A stretch of DNA of 64,000 nt from an uncultured delta proteobacterium (GTDB lineage Bacteria > Desulfobacterota > WTBG01 > CAIYCZ01). Positions within the stretch are counted from its first letter, which is position 1; every line of letters begins with the position of its first letter. The stretch spans positions 64,001-128,000 of the forward strand of contig CAWDOY010000009.1 of assembly GCA_963803975.1 (NCBI GenBank), read 5' to 3'. A model generated the notes under the pieces. The model ran no database searches, was not told the origin of the DNA, and saw nothing but the letters and a program-made list of their open reading frames with translations. Of this stretch, positions 54,517-64,000 are shown piece by piece. Both the position numbers and the translations under genes were made by a program.

Positions 54517-54568
54517 TGCAAGACGAAGGATGAGCGCAACAAAGCAGACAGGTGTTTTTCAACAGCCT
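54517..54568 (+). mobile_element. MITE-like family A, partial copy
   Basis: gacgaaggatgagcgcaac..gcaga..ggtgtttttcaacagcct. Confidence 0.75.
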
Positions 54569-54617
54569 GTTAATGGCTAGGAGCCATCATCCTTTACTTT
54601 TTACTGCACGCATCCTA

Positions 54618-54645
54618 TTGACACAAAATTAATTTATTCTATAGT
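54618..54645 (+). promoter_or_regulatory. Sigma70-like promoter, ATG 7 nt downstream (possibly leaderless)
   Basis: TTGACA-16-TATAGT; no SD before the ATG at 54653. Confidence 0.5.
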
Positions 54646-54652
54646 GTAGTCC

Positions 54653-56478
54653 ATGCGCATCGTACTCCTCTATCCGCCGCCATGGAAAATTCCTGCCCCC
54701 GGTGAAAACCCGGAGCGTTCAGGAGAAGGCCCTCCATCGAACTGGCATGCGAGTTATTCCTTTGACGGTGACACCCTGCACATCCCCTGCGGGCTGCTGA
54801 GCCTCGCAGCGCAGGCTCGCCATGCCGGCCATGAGGTGACGGTCCTCAACCTCTACACGTTTGCGTGGCGCGATGTCTGCCGGATCATTGAGTGTTTTCC
54901 TGCTGACCTGTACGGACTCTCCTGCTTCACATCCAACCGCAGGGGCGTACTCTCAACAGCGCGGCTGGTCCGCAGCACCTATCCCCATGCTCATATTACG
55001 GTCGGCGGCCCCCATGCTTCAGCCCTTCCCCGGGAGATGCTTGAGCACTGCGCGGCCATAGACACGGTGGTGATCGACGAGGGAGAAGAGACGTTTAAAG
55101 ACCTCTTGGCGCGGCTTGAAGCCGGGCAGCCTGCGCAAAATATTCCCGGCATTGCATGGAGAGAGGCAGAAGAAATAAAGGTCGCTGCACCGCGTGCCCT
55201 GATTAATGATCTTGATGCGCTGGTGTCATCGTTTCGCTATTATGATGATTATATTGCACTCACCTCCCGGGGATGCGACTATGCCTGCACCTTCTGCGCA
55301 GCGCCCTTCCTGTGGCAGGGAAAAACCCGCTTTCATTCCGCAGGCTACGTCCTTGACCTGCTGGAACAGCTGGTCAAGCGAGCCACGGGCATAAAGCCAT
55401 TGCCTTTAAAGATGACACCTTTACCGCTGACCGGGAGCGCGTTCTTCAAATCTGCCGCGGCATTGAGAAGCGCGGGCTGAATCTGCTCTGGAGCTGTGAC
55501 ACCCGCGCGGACGCTCTTGATGAAGAGCTGCTCGCTGCAATGCGCAGGGCCGGCTGCCAGCGCGTAAGCCTTGGTGTTGAATCAGCAGCCCCGGAGATTT
55601 TACGGGCGCTTAACAAGCGCATTGCTCCCGCGGAAGTCCTTGCTGCAACAGCGATGGCAAAAAAATTCGGTTTTGAGATACGCTACTATTTGATAGCCGG
55701 CAGCCGCGAAGAAACCGCAGAAACGCTTGCGGAAACGTTTCAATTTATACAGGAGGCTCTGCCCACGCAATACATTTTCAATCCGTTCACCATCCTGCCG
55801 GGAACAAAAGAGTATATGATTGCCGAGCGGGACGGACGCATACAGCCCGAACAGTTCTTCTCTGATGATTTTATCGAATGCACCCCCGCGCCTGCCGACC
55901 CGGCGCTGCAGCGCATGATGGAAAATCTGCAGGCTAATCCCGGCGTGCGCAGCGCGTGGCATTACAGCGCGGCTGAGCGGCGCGCAATCCTTGAACGTTT
56001 TCCGGATGTTCATGCTGTGTACATGGACCTTGGCGCTGCGCTCTATGGCGAGGGAAACCTTACCGAAGCAGAGAACCTGGTGCGAAAATCACTGGCTATG
56101 GGCTACCCTCTTCCGGGGCTCTGCTACAATTACCTTGCCTGCATTGCCTATGCGCAGGGCAATCTCAAGGCAGCGATGGAATATCTTATCCAGGCGCGCG
56201 AACAGGGTTTTCACCAGGTGGTCGAAACAAATCTGCAGTCAGTACAGGAGTGGCTGAAAGCTGACGGGCTTCGCAGCAGCCGAACGCTTAACCTTGTTGC
56301 CGGACACTCTTTTGAGATAACCTGCCGCAGGCAGCAGCCGGTCACGCCGGCACCGATAACCATTCATGATCCGCGTTTGCCGGCAGATGCAGCGCCCCTG
56401 GTGGTGGTGCCGGTTGACAGCGTTCTCTGGCAGCGGCAGGGAGGTGCCAGATGTTTAAGGCGCTCAACATACCCCTGA
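54653..56478 (+). CDS. B12-binding radical SAM protein with C-terminal TPR (frameshift near 55385)
   Basis: GGPHA, EGEE, TSRGCDYACTFC, DDTF, GC..VSLGVES, TPR-like tail. Confidence 0.88.
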
Positions 56479-58068
56479 CCATCGGTTTCTTTCTGCTCTG
56501 TTTCTGGACCATAGCGCTGCTCTTCTCCTACAGCCGCCCTGCTTCCCCGGCAAAACCCGCCGCCGGAACCGGGGTGCGCTGGCTGCTGCGCTGCGTGTGC
56601 CTGCTGTTCCTTGCCACCTATCTCTATCAGGCCACCTGGCAGCTGGCCGGATTCGGCCGGCCCGCGTTCATGGACTTCATGCGCAAGTACAGCCGCCGGC
56701 CCGTTAATCCCGCAAAAGAGATGGCCCGGGGCAGCATCCTTGACCGCAACGGCGTAGAGCTTGCGGTCAATGCCCGCTCTGACAACCTGCTCCGCAGGTA
56801 TCCCTATGGCCGGGGCTTCTGCCATCTCATCGGCTACGCAGACCCGATGTTTGGTCTGTCGGGACTGGAAGCTGCTGACAATGCGTTCCTGAACGGCTCA
56901 AGCCTCTCCTCTCCTGATGAGCTGGGCAGGTTCAGCATGAACATCCTTAACCACCGCACCGCAGAGGGCAATGATCTTATCCTTACCATAGATGCCCGGC
57001 TGCAGAAAACAGCGGCAGCCCTGCTGCGCAACAGGCCCGGCGCCATTGTGGCCATACAGCCGCAGGACGGCTCAGTGCTGGCGCTGGTCAGCGCCCCTGC
57101 TTTCAGTCCGGAAGACCTTGAGGCATCACTGTTCAGTGATGAAAGAAAAAACAGTTCGCCGCTTCTGAACCGTGCTGTCCAGGGGCTGTATCCTCCTGGT
57201 TCAATAATTAAAATTATGGTTGCAGCAGGTGCTGTGGAGGGCGGTTTTTCTGATCTTCTGGACTGCCCGGCCCAGGGCTACACGCCGCCGGGGCCGCATC
57301 ACCGGCCAATCCGGGACCATGAATATTATGAATACCAGCGCCGTGATGAAACCTGGCAGGGATGGGGCCGCATCGGGCTGGAGGAAGGGTTTGCCCGTTC
57401 TTCCAATGTGTTTTTCGCCCAGCTGGGAGTAAAACTCGGCAGCCGGCAGCTGAACAAAGCTGCCGAGCGCTTCCTGTTCAATAAGCCGCTGGTGCTCTTT
57501 GAAGGGTCATCAGGAACTATTTCAGTAAAGCAAAGCTTCTGGCCCGTGGTGAGCCCGGAAGATCCGGGAAGCCTTGCCCAGCAATCAATCGGCCAGGGAG
57601 CTTTGCTGGTGACGCCCCTGCACATGGCGCTGCTTGCGGCCGCGATTGCCCGTGACGGCGTAGCTCTATGCCCCGCGCCTGGCAATGCGGACACCGCCCC
57701 GCCTGCTCGATAGAATAATGGATTACGGAGTCGCGGAAAAGCTGAAGCAGCTCATGCGCTACACCGTGGAGCACGGCACTGCTCAGGGCGCAAATATAAA
57801 GGGCTTGAACATCGCGGGGAAAACCGGCACTGCCCAGGCTTCAGAAGGCGCTGACCATTCGTGGTTTGTGTGCTTTGCTCCCCTGGAGCGGCCCGCTATC
57901 GCGCTGGCAGTGCTTATTGAACACGGCGGATACGGCGCGGCCTCTGCATTGCCGGTGGCAGCCGAACTCGTCAGGAAGGCAAAAAAACTGGGGCTGCTGG
58001 AGCCCGAAGCTGCTCCTCCGGCGGAAACTAAAAATAAAACCTCAAGGAAAAATTCTAAATCCAAATAA
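56451..58068 (+). CDS. Class B penicillin-binding protein, PbpA-like (frameshift near 57675)
   Basis: RGSILDRNG, R.YP, LNRA.QG.YPPGS..K, SSN, IGQG, GKTGT. Confidence 0.9.
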
Positions 58069-58266
58069 CTAAATCCTAAACCGGACAAACCGGAACCAAA
58101 GTTAACCACATAGACTAAAAAAGAAGATTGAATCTGGAACTCGATTCGACTGAGCCATCGCTGGCAGGAACTCACAAAGAAAAAAACAATACTTTCCTGA
58201 TTTCTTGAGTTCCAGATTTTTAATTTTAAATTCAGTTTAGTGCTTCGGATTTCGAATTTCGGATTT
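58050..58266. repeat. Inverted 7-nt array (AAATCCN-type) enclosing family B copy 2 (58075-58223)
   Basis: aaattct/aaatcca/aataact/aaatcct ... tttagtg/cttcgga/tttcgaa/tttcgga. Confidence 0.8.
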
Positions 58267-58276
58267 ATCAAAGCTT

Positions 58277-59627
58277 ATGGTTCGCGCACAAGTTACCAAA
58301 TTTACCATCATTGATGCCTGGAGATTCCGCCGCCAGGAACGCTCGCTTTTTTTCTGGTCATTCCTGGCGATACTGGTGGGGTACGTGCTGGTGGTGGTCC
58401 GCAAAACCGGGCGCATTCCGGCTCGATTGGCAGGACTATCTGCCGCTGCTGGTCTATCTTGGCGCCATGCTCTTCATCCACCTGATACTGGTGCTGTTAA
58501 AGTTTCGCGGCGACCCGCTGCTGCTTGCCGCGGTCTTTTTCCTTGCCGGGTTCGGCATGCTTACCCAGTTTCGCATGGGGACCTTTGAGATTATCATCTC
58601 GGACCGGCTTTCAAACTATGCCTTCCCCGCAGGCCTTGCCCTCATGCTCATCGTCACCGTTCTCTTCAGGAGAGGGCGGTTTCGCGTCCTGCGGCCGCTG
58701 GCCATACCCTGCGCGCTGCTGGCGGCAATTCTCCTGGGAGCGATTCTTTTCCTCGGCCAGCGCTACCGGGGCGCACTGTTTATGCCGGGGTATATCAACC
58801 CGGCAGATCTCATAAAAATCCTGCTGATGATTTTTCTTGCCGGCTATTTTGCGCGCTGGCAGAAGGAAGGCGAGCATGCGCCTGTTGGTGTCACCTCCCT
58901 GGTTCCGATGCTGCTGCTCTGGGCAGTGCCCATGGGGCTGCTCGTGCTGCAGCGCGATCTCGGCATGCTGGTGCTGCTCAACGCCGTGCTGCTCGTTCTT
59001 GCGGTTGTGGCAACCGGCCGCATCAGCTATCTGTTTGTTGGGGTTCTTGGCGCGGGAATACTCGGCGGAGTCATGTTTCTTTTTTCTGCGCACGGCCAGG
59101 CGCGGTTTACGGCGTGGCTTACTCCCTTTGCCGATCCGACCGGCAAAAGCTGGCAGATACTGCAGGCCCTGTCAGCCATGTATTCCGGCGGATTGTGGGG
59201 TGTGGGTCTGGGCGGCGGTTCCCCCCAGTTCATCCCCATCGCATCATCTGACTTCATCTATGCCGTCATTGGCGAGGAACTGGGTTATGCCGGGTGCGGC
59301 ATCGTGCTCGTGTTCTACCTGGTGCTCTTCTTCCGCGGCTACCAGATCGCGGCCCGCATTGCTGCACCCTTCGGCAGGCTGCTTGCCACAGGGATTGTGA
59401 CGACCCTGGCATTTCAGACGCTCTTAAATATCGGCGGCGTGATCAAGGCGCTGCCGCTCACGGGCATAACGCTTCCGTTCATCAGCCACGGCGGAAGCAG
59501 CCTTTTAACCACATTTCTCGGGGTGGGACTGCTGCTGGCAATTTCCGAGCGGGAAACTGAAACAAGGAAAATAATCGAGAGGCCAAAAGCTGCTAAAGCT
59601 AAAAGGAAGCGGGCGACGGAGGGCTAA
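58277..59627 (+). CDS. SEDS family RodA/FtsW protein (frameshift near 58410)
   Basis: QRDLG, R..AW..PF, Q..Q.L, G.GLG.G, SDFIY..IGEELG, PLTGITLPFISHGGSS. Confidence 0.92.
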
Positions 59628-59630
59628 GCT

Positions 59631-59867
59631 TCAACGGTTTCTGTCCTCCCGGAGCAGCTCGCTGCTGTCGCTATGATATATCTGTTCTTTCTTCAGCTTT
59701 TTCCGGATGGCCCGCGCAATGCCGACAACATCAATAGCGGCACGCTGAGCACCGTGTTCAATAAGCTCCTTTAATTCCTGCTGCAGCGACCTGTTGCGCT
59801 TTTTAGCTGCAGCCTTGAGCTTAGCGAGCGCTGCAGATGAAATATTCCGTATAAGAACATTAGGCAT
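59631..59867 (-). CDS. FitA-like ribbon-helix-helix antitoxin (no adjacent toxin)
   Basis: M.NVLIRNI.....LK..A....RSLQQEL...DSSELLREDR.R. Confidence 0.8.
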   Translation of the reverse strand: MPNVLIRNISSAALAKLKAAAKKRNRSLQQELKELIEHGAQRAAIDVVGIARAIRKKLKKEQIYHSDSSELLREDRNR

Positions 59868-59893
59868 AACGATTCACCCTGCACTGTATAATG

Positions 59894-59912
59894 TGCTATC
59901 ACGATGATAGCA
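59894..59912. promoter_or_regulatory. Operator-like palindrome TGCTATCA-N3-TGATAGCA
   Basis: Perfect 8-bp inverted repeat about 27 nt upstream of the FitA-like start. Confidence 0.65.
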
Positions 59913-59932
59913 TGTTGACCGGTATCCTGCTG

Positions 59933-59964
59933 GGAAGCCCCTCACTGTGGGCGGGGAGTTTCAC
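59933..59964 (+). mobile_element. IS200/IS605-like right-end remnant
   Basis: gaagcccc...ggggagtttcac hairpin ending in TCAC; no transposase nearby. Confidence 0.45.
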
Positions 59965-60045
59965 TAAAATATAGCTTGACACTTACTCGGATTAAAAGGA
60001 AAATTTAAAAAAATATATTAACAGGTTATGTCAGCGAGGTAGAGG

Positions 60046-60240
60046 ATGAATTGTTTTACGTTAGTTGAGAAGGCAGAACAGTATTCAGGTAAATATGTTG
60101 CTATAAAATCATTTAAATCAAAAAAAGTAATTTGCTCCGGTGACAACCCTGCTCAAGTGGTAAGAAATGCCAGAAAAAAAGGGGCAAAGGACCCGGTAGT
60201 CTTTTTTGTACCTGAAAAAGATGTAGTGTACATATACTAA
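60046..60240 (+). CDS. DUF5678-like small protein
   Basis: YSGKYVAI....VI.SG......A..KG...P....VP. Confidence 0.7.
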   Translation: MNCFTLVEKAEQYSGKYVAIKSFKSKKVICSGDNPAQVVRNARKKGAKDPVVFFVPEKDVVYIY

Positions 60241-60659
60241 TGCCAATAAGAAACTGTCCACTCACCTGCCGGCCCGGCGGATATTATAGTGCTTACCTTC
60301 CCATTAGAATAATCAATCCACATACTAAAAAAAGCCAAAGAACACTTGCGCTGATTGATACAGGCGCAGACGAGTGTGTTATTCCTTCACGCCTGGCTGA
60401 AATCTTGGGGCACAAGCTGGAGGCGGGTGATGCAAAACCGGTAAGCACCGGCAATGACCGCGCAATAGCCTATTCTCATACAACAACCATTAAAATTTAC
60501 CACCCGGCAACGGGTGTGCTAATAGATACTATTGCAAATACACCGATAGATTTTATGCCTGTTGAAACGGTATTATTAGGGGTAAAAAGCTTCCTGAGCA
60601 ACTACAGACTCATCATAGATTATCCTGCCCAGAATTTTTCATTAATAAAGGCAAAGTAG
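60240..60659 (+). CDS. Retropepsin-like (clan AA) aspartyl protease
   Basis: ALIDTGAD...IP..LA..LG and LLG...FL motifs; overlaps the upstream stop codon. Confidence 0.82.
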   Translation: MPIRNCPLTCRPGGYYSAYLPIRIINPHTKKSQRTLALIDTGADECVIPSRLAEILGHKLEAGDAKPVSTGNDRAIAYSHTTTIKIYHPATGVLIDTIANTPIDFMPVETVLLGVKSFLSNYRLIIDYPAQNFSLIKAK

Positions 60660-60817
60660 GTCAAGCCATCAAAATCGTGCTCATGCACACACCCACAAAA
60701 TAATTCAAAGCTGGAGCCTTTGCTTTCCTGCTTATCTGCATTATATAATTTTAATAAGCTTAATTAGCATTTCTTATGGTGGGACTACTTACTGGTCTAT
60801 CTTAAAAAACAAGTATC

Positions 60818-61555
60818 CTATTTTTTCTGCCCCCGCTCCCAGATTTGAATCTGGCGCATGCCTTTCTCCTTCTGGGTATAGTCCCGCATCACAATGCGTG
60901 AAGGCGTTACTTTGGTTACTATCTTGGTCTCTTTAATCGCCTGCAGAAGCTCCGGGGTCATCTTCAGGGGAAGGGTCGGCATGTAGATGTCAAGTGCCTC
61001 CTCAAAACCAGGGTCTTTATTTTTAAGAACCTGCGCGGTGCCCACCACCTGAATGCTGAGCGGCTCTTTAAAGTAGTTATGGTGCTCAAGCTGCTTCACA
61101 TAGGCAAGCGACACGTTCTTGTTGGCTGCCATCTGAAACAGCTTCTCGGTCTGCTTCTCGGACATGGCATAGAAGGTGAGCGTTTTGGGGTCTATCACAA
61201 ACTCAATGACCGTTGAAAGCGGTTTATTATCATAGGCTGTGCTGAGCACGTAAATCTCCCGGTAGTCACCCTTGCCTTTAACAATTTCTGCAATGCGCTT
61301 CTCGATCTCTTCACGCGGCAGAGCGCCGGTTTTACTCTTTTTCAAAGTCATGGTGGCGGCGGTGTAGGCATCCACCCCGTTGTACACATGGCATTCCTGG
61401 CACTTTATATCTTTATCATAGGCCGGGTGCGCGGGCGGCACCTTGGTTGCCTTGGTATAGAGATATTTGGGGCCGCCTTTTTCCGCGGCAGGGCAGTAAC
61501 CGGCAGTAAGCACCAGCACAGCGACGAACATTAGCAACAAACAGAACTTTTTCAT
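60818..61555 (-). CDS. Exported protein with CxxCH heme motif and pyridoxamine-oxidase-like domain
   Basis: Signal peptide, CQECH, VLST...KP, K..Q...N..VSL, Q..G.A; GGAGG RBS. Confidence 0.7.
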   Translation of the reverse strand: MKKFCLLLMFVAVLVLTAGYCPAAEKGGPKYLYTKATKVPPAHPAYDKDIKCQECHVYNGVDAYTAATMTLKKSKTGALPREEIEKRIAEIVKGKGDYREIYVLSTAYDNKPLSTVIEFVIDPKTLTFYAMSEKQTEKLFQMAANKNVSLAYVKQLEHHNYFKEPLSIQVVGTAQVLKNKDPGFEEALDIYMPTLPLKMTPELLQAIKETKIVTKVTPSRIVMRDYTQKEKGMRQIQIWERGQKK

Positions 61556-61584
61556 GGAACCTCCTTTTTGAAAAGATGATTTAA

Positions 61585-61665
61585 AGCTGTCAGCTATCAG
61601 CAGCCTTCAGCGTTTATTAATTTCTTTTCACCTTTCACCTTCCACGTTTCACTTTTCACTTTTCT
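61585..61665. repeat. Two unrelated 7-nt repeat arms downstream of pgm
   Basis: agctgtc/agctatc/agccttc and cttttca/cctttca/ccttcca/cgtttca/cttttca. Confidence 0.7.
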
Positions 61666-61698
61666 CAATTAATTTCACTGGCCGCAAATTTTATTTTC

Positions 61699-63350
61699 CT
61701 AAACCCCTGCCGCCTTAAATGTTGCGCTGACGATTGCCTGGGCTTCTTCGATGATGCGGGCAAGGTGCTCTTTACCCTTAAAACTTTCAGCATACAGCTT
61801 ATAAATATCCTCGGTGCCGGAAGGCCGGGCAGCAAACCAGCCGTTTTCAGTGACCACTTTGAGCCCGCCGATGGACGCGTTATTGCCGGGCGCCCTGGTC
61901 AGCGTGGCGGCTATTTTTTCTCCGGCAAGCGTCGCGGCAGTGATGTTCTCCGGAGAAAGTTTTTCCAGCACTTCCTTTTGCGCCGCTGTTGCCGGTGCAT
62001 CTATCCGCTCGTACACCGGATCGCCAAACCGTTGCGTCAGCTCCTGGTAGTGTTCGCCGGGATCTTTCCCGGTCCGGGCGGTTATTTCCGCGGCCAGCAG
62101 GCTCATAATGAACCCGTCCTTATCTGTTGTCCAGACCGTGCCATCCCTGCGCAGAAAGGATGCTCCGGCACTCTCCTCCCCGCCAAACCCGTAGGAGCCG
62201 TCCAGCAATCCATCCACAAACCACTTAAACCCGACCGGCACCTCGGACAGTTTTCTCCCCAGATGCTGTGCGACCCGGTCGATCATGCTGCTGCTCACCA
62301 GGGTCTTCCCCACTGCCGCATCCTTCTTCCAGCCGCTGCGGTTCTGAAACAAATACCAGATCGCAACCGCTAAATAGTGGTTCGGGTTCATGAGGCCGGC
62401 GCTGCGGGTGACGATTCCGTGCCGGTCAAAGTCCGGGTCATTGCCAAAGGCAATGTCATAGGTATCTTTAAGCCGAATAAGGCCCGCCATGGCAAAAGGC
62501 GATGAGCAGTCCATTCTGATTTTTCCGTCCTTGTCAACGGTCATGAATCTGAAGGTGGGTCAGCGGCACTATTCATCTCGTCAATCTGGAGCCGGTAGTG
62601 CTCTGCAATCGGCTTCCAGAAGGCAAGCCCGGCACCGCCGAGCGCGTCGGCGCCGATTTTCAGGCCCGAGGAGCGGATTGCTTCCATGTCAACGATGTTT
62701 GCCAGGTCTCTGACATAGGGCATTATATAATCATACGTGCGGGTGGTTGCGGAATGCAGCGCGCGCTCGTACGGGATTCGCTTTATCTCCCGGTTGCCTG
62801 CCTTAAGGAATTCATTTGCCCTGTTCTCAATCCAGCGCGTGATGATGGTATCGGCCGGGCCTCCCTGGGGAGGGTTGTATTTAAAACCGCCGTTATCAGG
62901 GGGGTTATGAGACGGGGTGATGACAATGCCGTCAGCAAAGCCGGATGTTCTGTTGCGGTTAAAGGTGAGGATGGCGTGGGATATGACCGGCGTCGGAGTG
63001 AAGCCCGAGCCCTGGTGAATCATGACTTCCACCCCGTTTGCCGCAAGCACTTCCAGCGCGGTCGCGTGGGCCGGCTCTGAAAGGGCGTGCGTGTCCATGC
63101 CCAGAAACAGGGGGCCGGTAATGCCCTGCTCTTTGCGATAGCAGCAGATTGCCTGGGTGATGGCAAGGATGTGGTCTTCATTAAAGCTGTGTTTAAGAGA
63201 AACGCCGCGATGCCCTGATGTGCCGAAGGCCACGCGCTGCTCAGGCTGCGAGACATCCGGATGCATGGTGTAGTATGCACTCACCAGCCGGGGAACATCT
63301 ATAAGCATCGAGATCGGAGCAGGCTTTCCTGCTAACGGATGAACTGACAT
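61699..63350 (-). CDS. pgm: Phosphoglucomutase (frameshift near 62545)
   Basis: [32 protein letters not shown]. Confidence 0.95.
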
Positions 63351-63371
63351 GGATGCACCTTTCACACTAAC

Positions 63372-63519
63372 AGGCTGTTGAAAAACACCCATCTGCTGCG
63401 TTGCGCTCACCCCTCGTCATTGCGGCGTACCGAGAAGTACGCCTCATTCCTCATGATGTCGCGTGCCTTGCATCTGAATGTTTTTGACCAGCCTGAAGAA
63501 AACAACGTTTTAACAGCCT
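63372..63519 (-). mobile_element. MITE-like family A, copy 3
   Basis: aggctgttgaaaaacacccatctgctgcgttgcgctca...ttttaacagcct. Confidence 0.85.
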
Positions 63520-63537
63520 TCTAAATAATCCTGCCGG

Positions 63538-63999
63538 TTAGTCTATCTCCGGCATGAGCGTCCACTTGATAAACCAGACTCCTGTCTCGGGCGCTCTGTC
63601 CAGGCGTACGATTCCGCCGTTTTGAAATTTTACCACGATCCGGTCCGTAGAGCCGGTTATTAAATAACTCACCAGTCGTTCCATAAACGGCAAATGGCCG
63701 ACGAGCATGACGTTCTCAACGCCGGGCAGGCCTTTAGCTGCCAGGGCTACGTCATCCAGCGGGTCCAAACCGCTTGCTTCATGAACACCCCCCGGCGGTT
63801 TCAGAAAATAGGCCATGATGTCAGCAGTCTGGCGTGCCCGGGTTTTGCCGCTGTGCTGTATAAGATCAACTTCTATCTTATGACCCGCTGCATCCCTGGC
63901 AATGCGCTCCACCGTATCCCGCCCTTCATCAGTGAGCGGGCACTCAGGGTCAATCTCCTTTGGCACGCTGGTGCCGTGCTGGACAAGAAAAAGCGCCAT
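63538..63999 (-). CDS. sixA: Phosphohistidine phosphatase SixA
   Basis: LFLVQHG, HSGK.RA.QTA, MLVGHLP. Confidence 0.88.
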   Translation of the reverse strand: MALFLVQHGTSVPKEIDPECPLTDEGRDTVERIARDAAGHKIEVDLIQHSGKTRARQTADIMAYFLKPPGGVHEASGLDPLDDVALAAKGLPGVENVMLVGHLPFMERLVSYLITGSTDRIVVKFQNGGIVRLDRAPETGVWFIKWTLMPEID

Positions 64000-64000
64000 A

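Noticed and set aside
54394..54520. yybP-ykoY manganese riboswitch upstream of mntH
   Set aside because: Consensus elements were not recognisable.
1..64000. CRISPR array, tRNA or rRNA genes
   Set aside because: No repeat-spacer periodicity or cas genes, and no tRNA or rRNA recognised by eye.

Overview
Bacterial chromosomal window whose gene content and order suggest an anaerobic Desulfobacterota/deltaproteobacterium (inference). Left to right: ThiF/MoaD genes divergent from a tungsten-type aldehyde:ferredoxin oxidoreductase operon with a Moco/Wco-like riboswitch; batC-batD-batE; a cobalamin riboswitch over a decayed radical SAM/cbiQO locus; secreted hydrolases; toxin-antitoxin genes; a long lysS-lolCD-bamA-skp-lpxD-fabZ-lpxA-gnnA-like-lpxB-msbA-waaA-lpxK-pagL envelope operon; uvrD, an RNB nuclease and clpSA; an accessory patch; spoIID/DUF4922/GT2; a WD40 gene; a CoA-transferase; mntH; radical SAM-pbpA-rodA; pgm and sixA. 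About 17 genes, several essential, carry single-base frameshifts that most likely are sequencing indels. The most striking unexplained structure is a set of intergenic inverted arrays of degenerate 7-8 nt tandem repeats at gene junctions. One array encloses a four-helix-bundle (23S-IVP/Avd-like) gene with perfect 21-nt and 15-nt inverted matches; the others are empty or hold a MITE-like element. Also notable are a triplicated clpS promoter that brackets TA cassettes, an integrase-less integron-like cassette and several MITE/REP families. All calls are by eye; no database searches were run.
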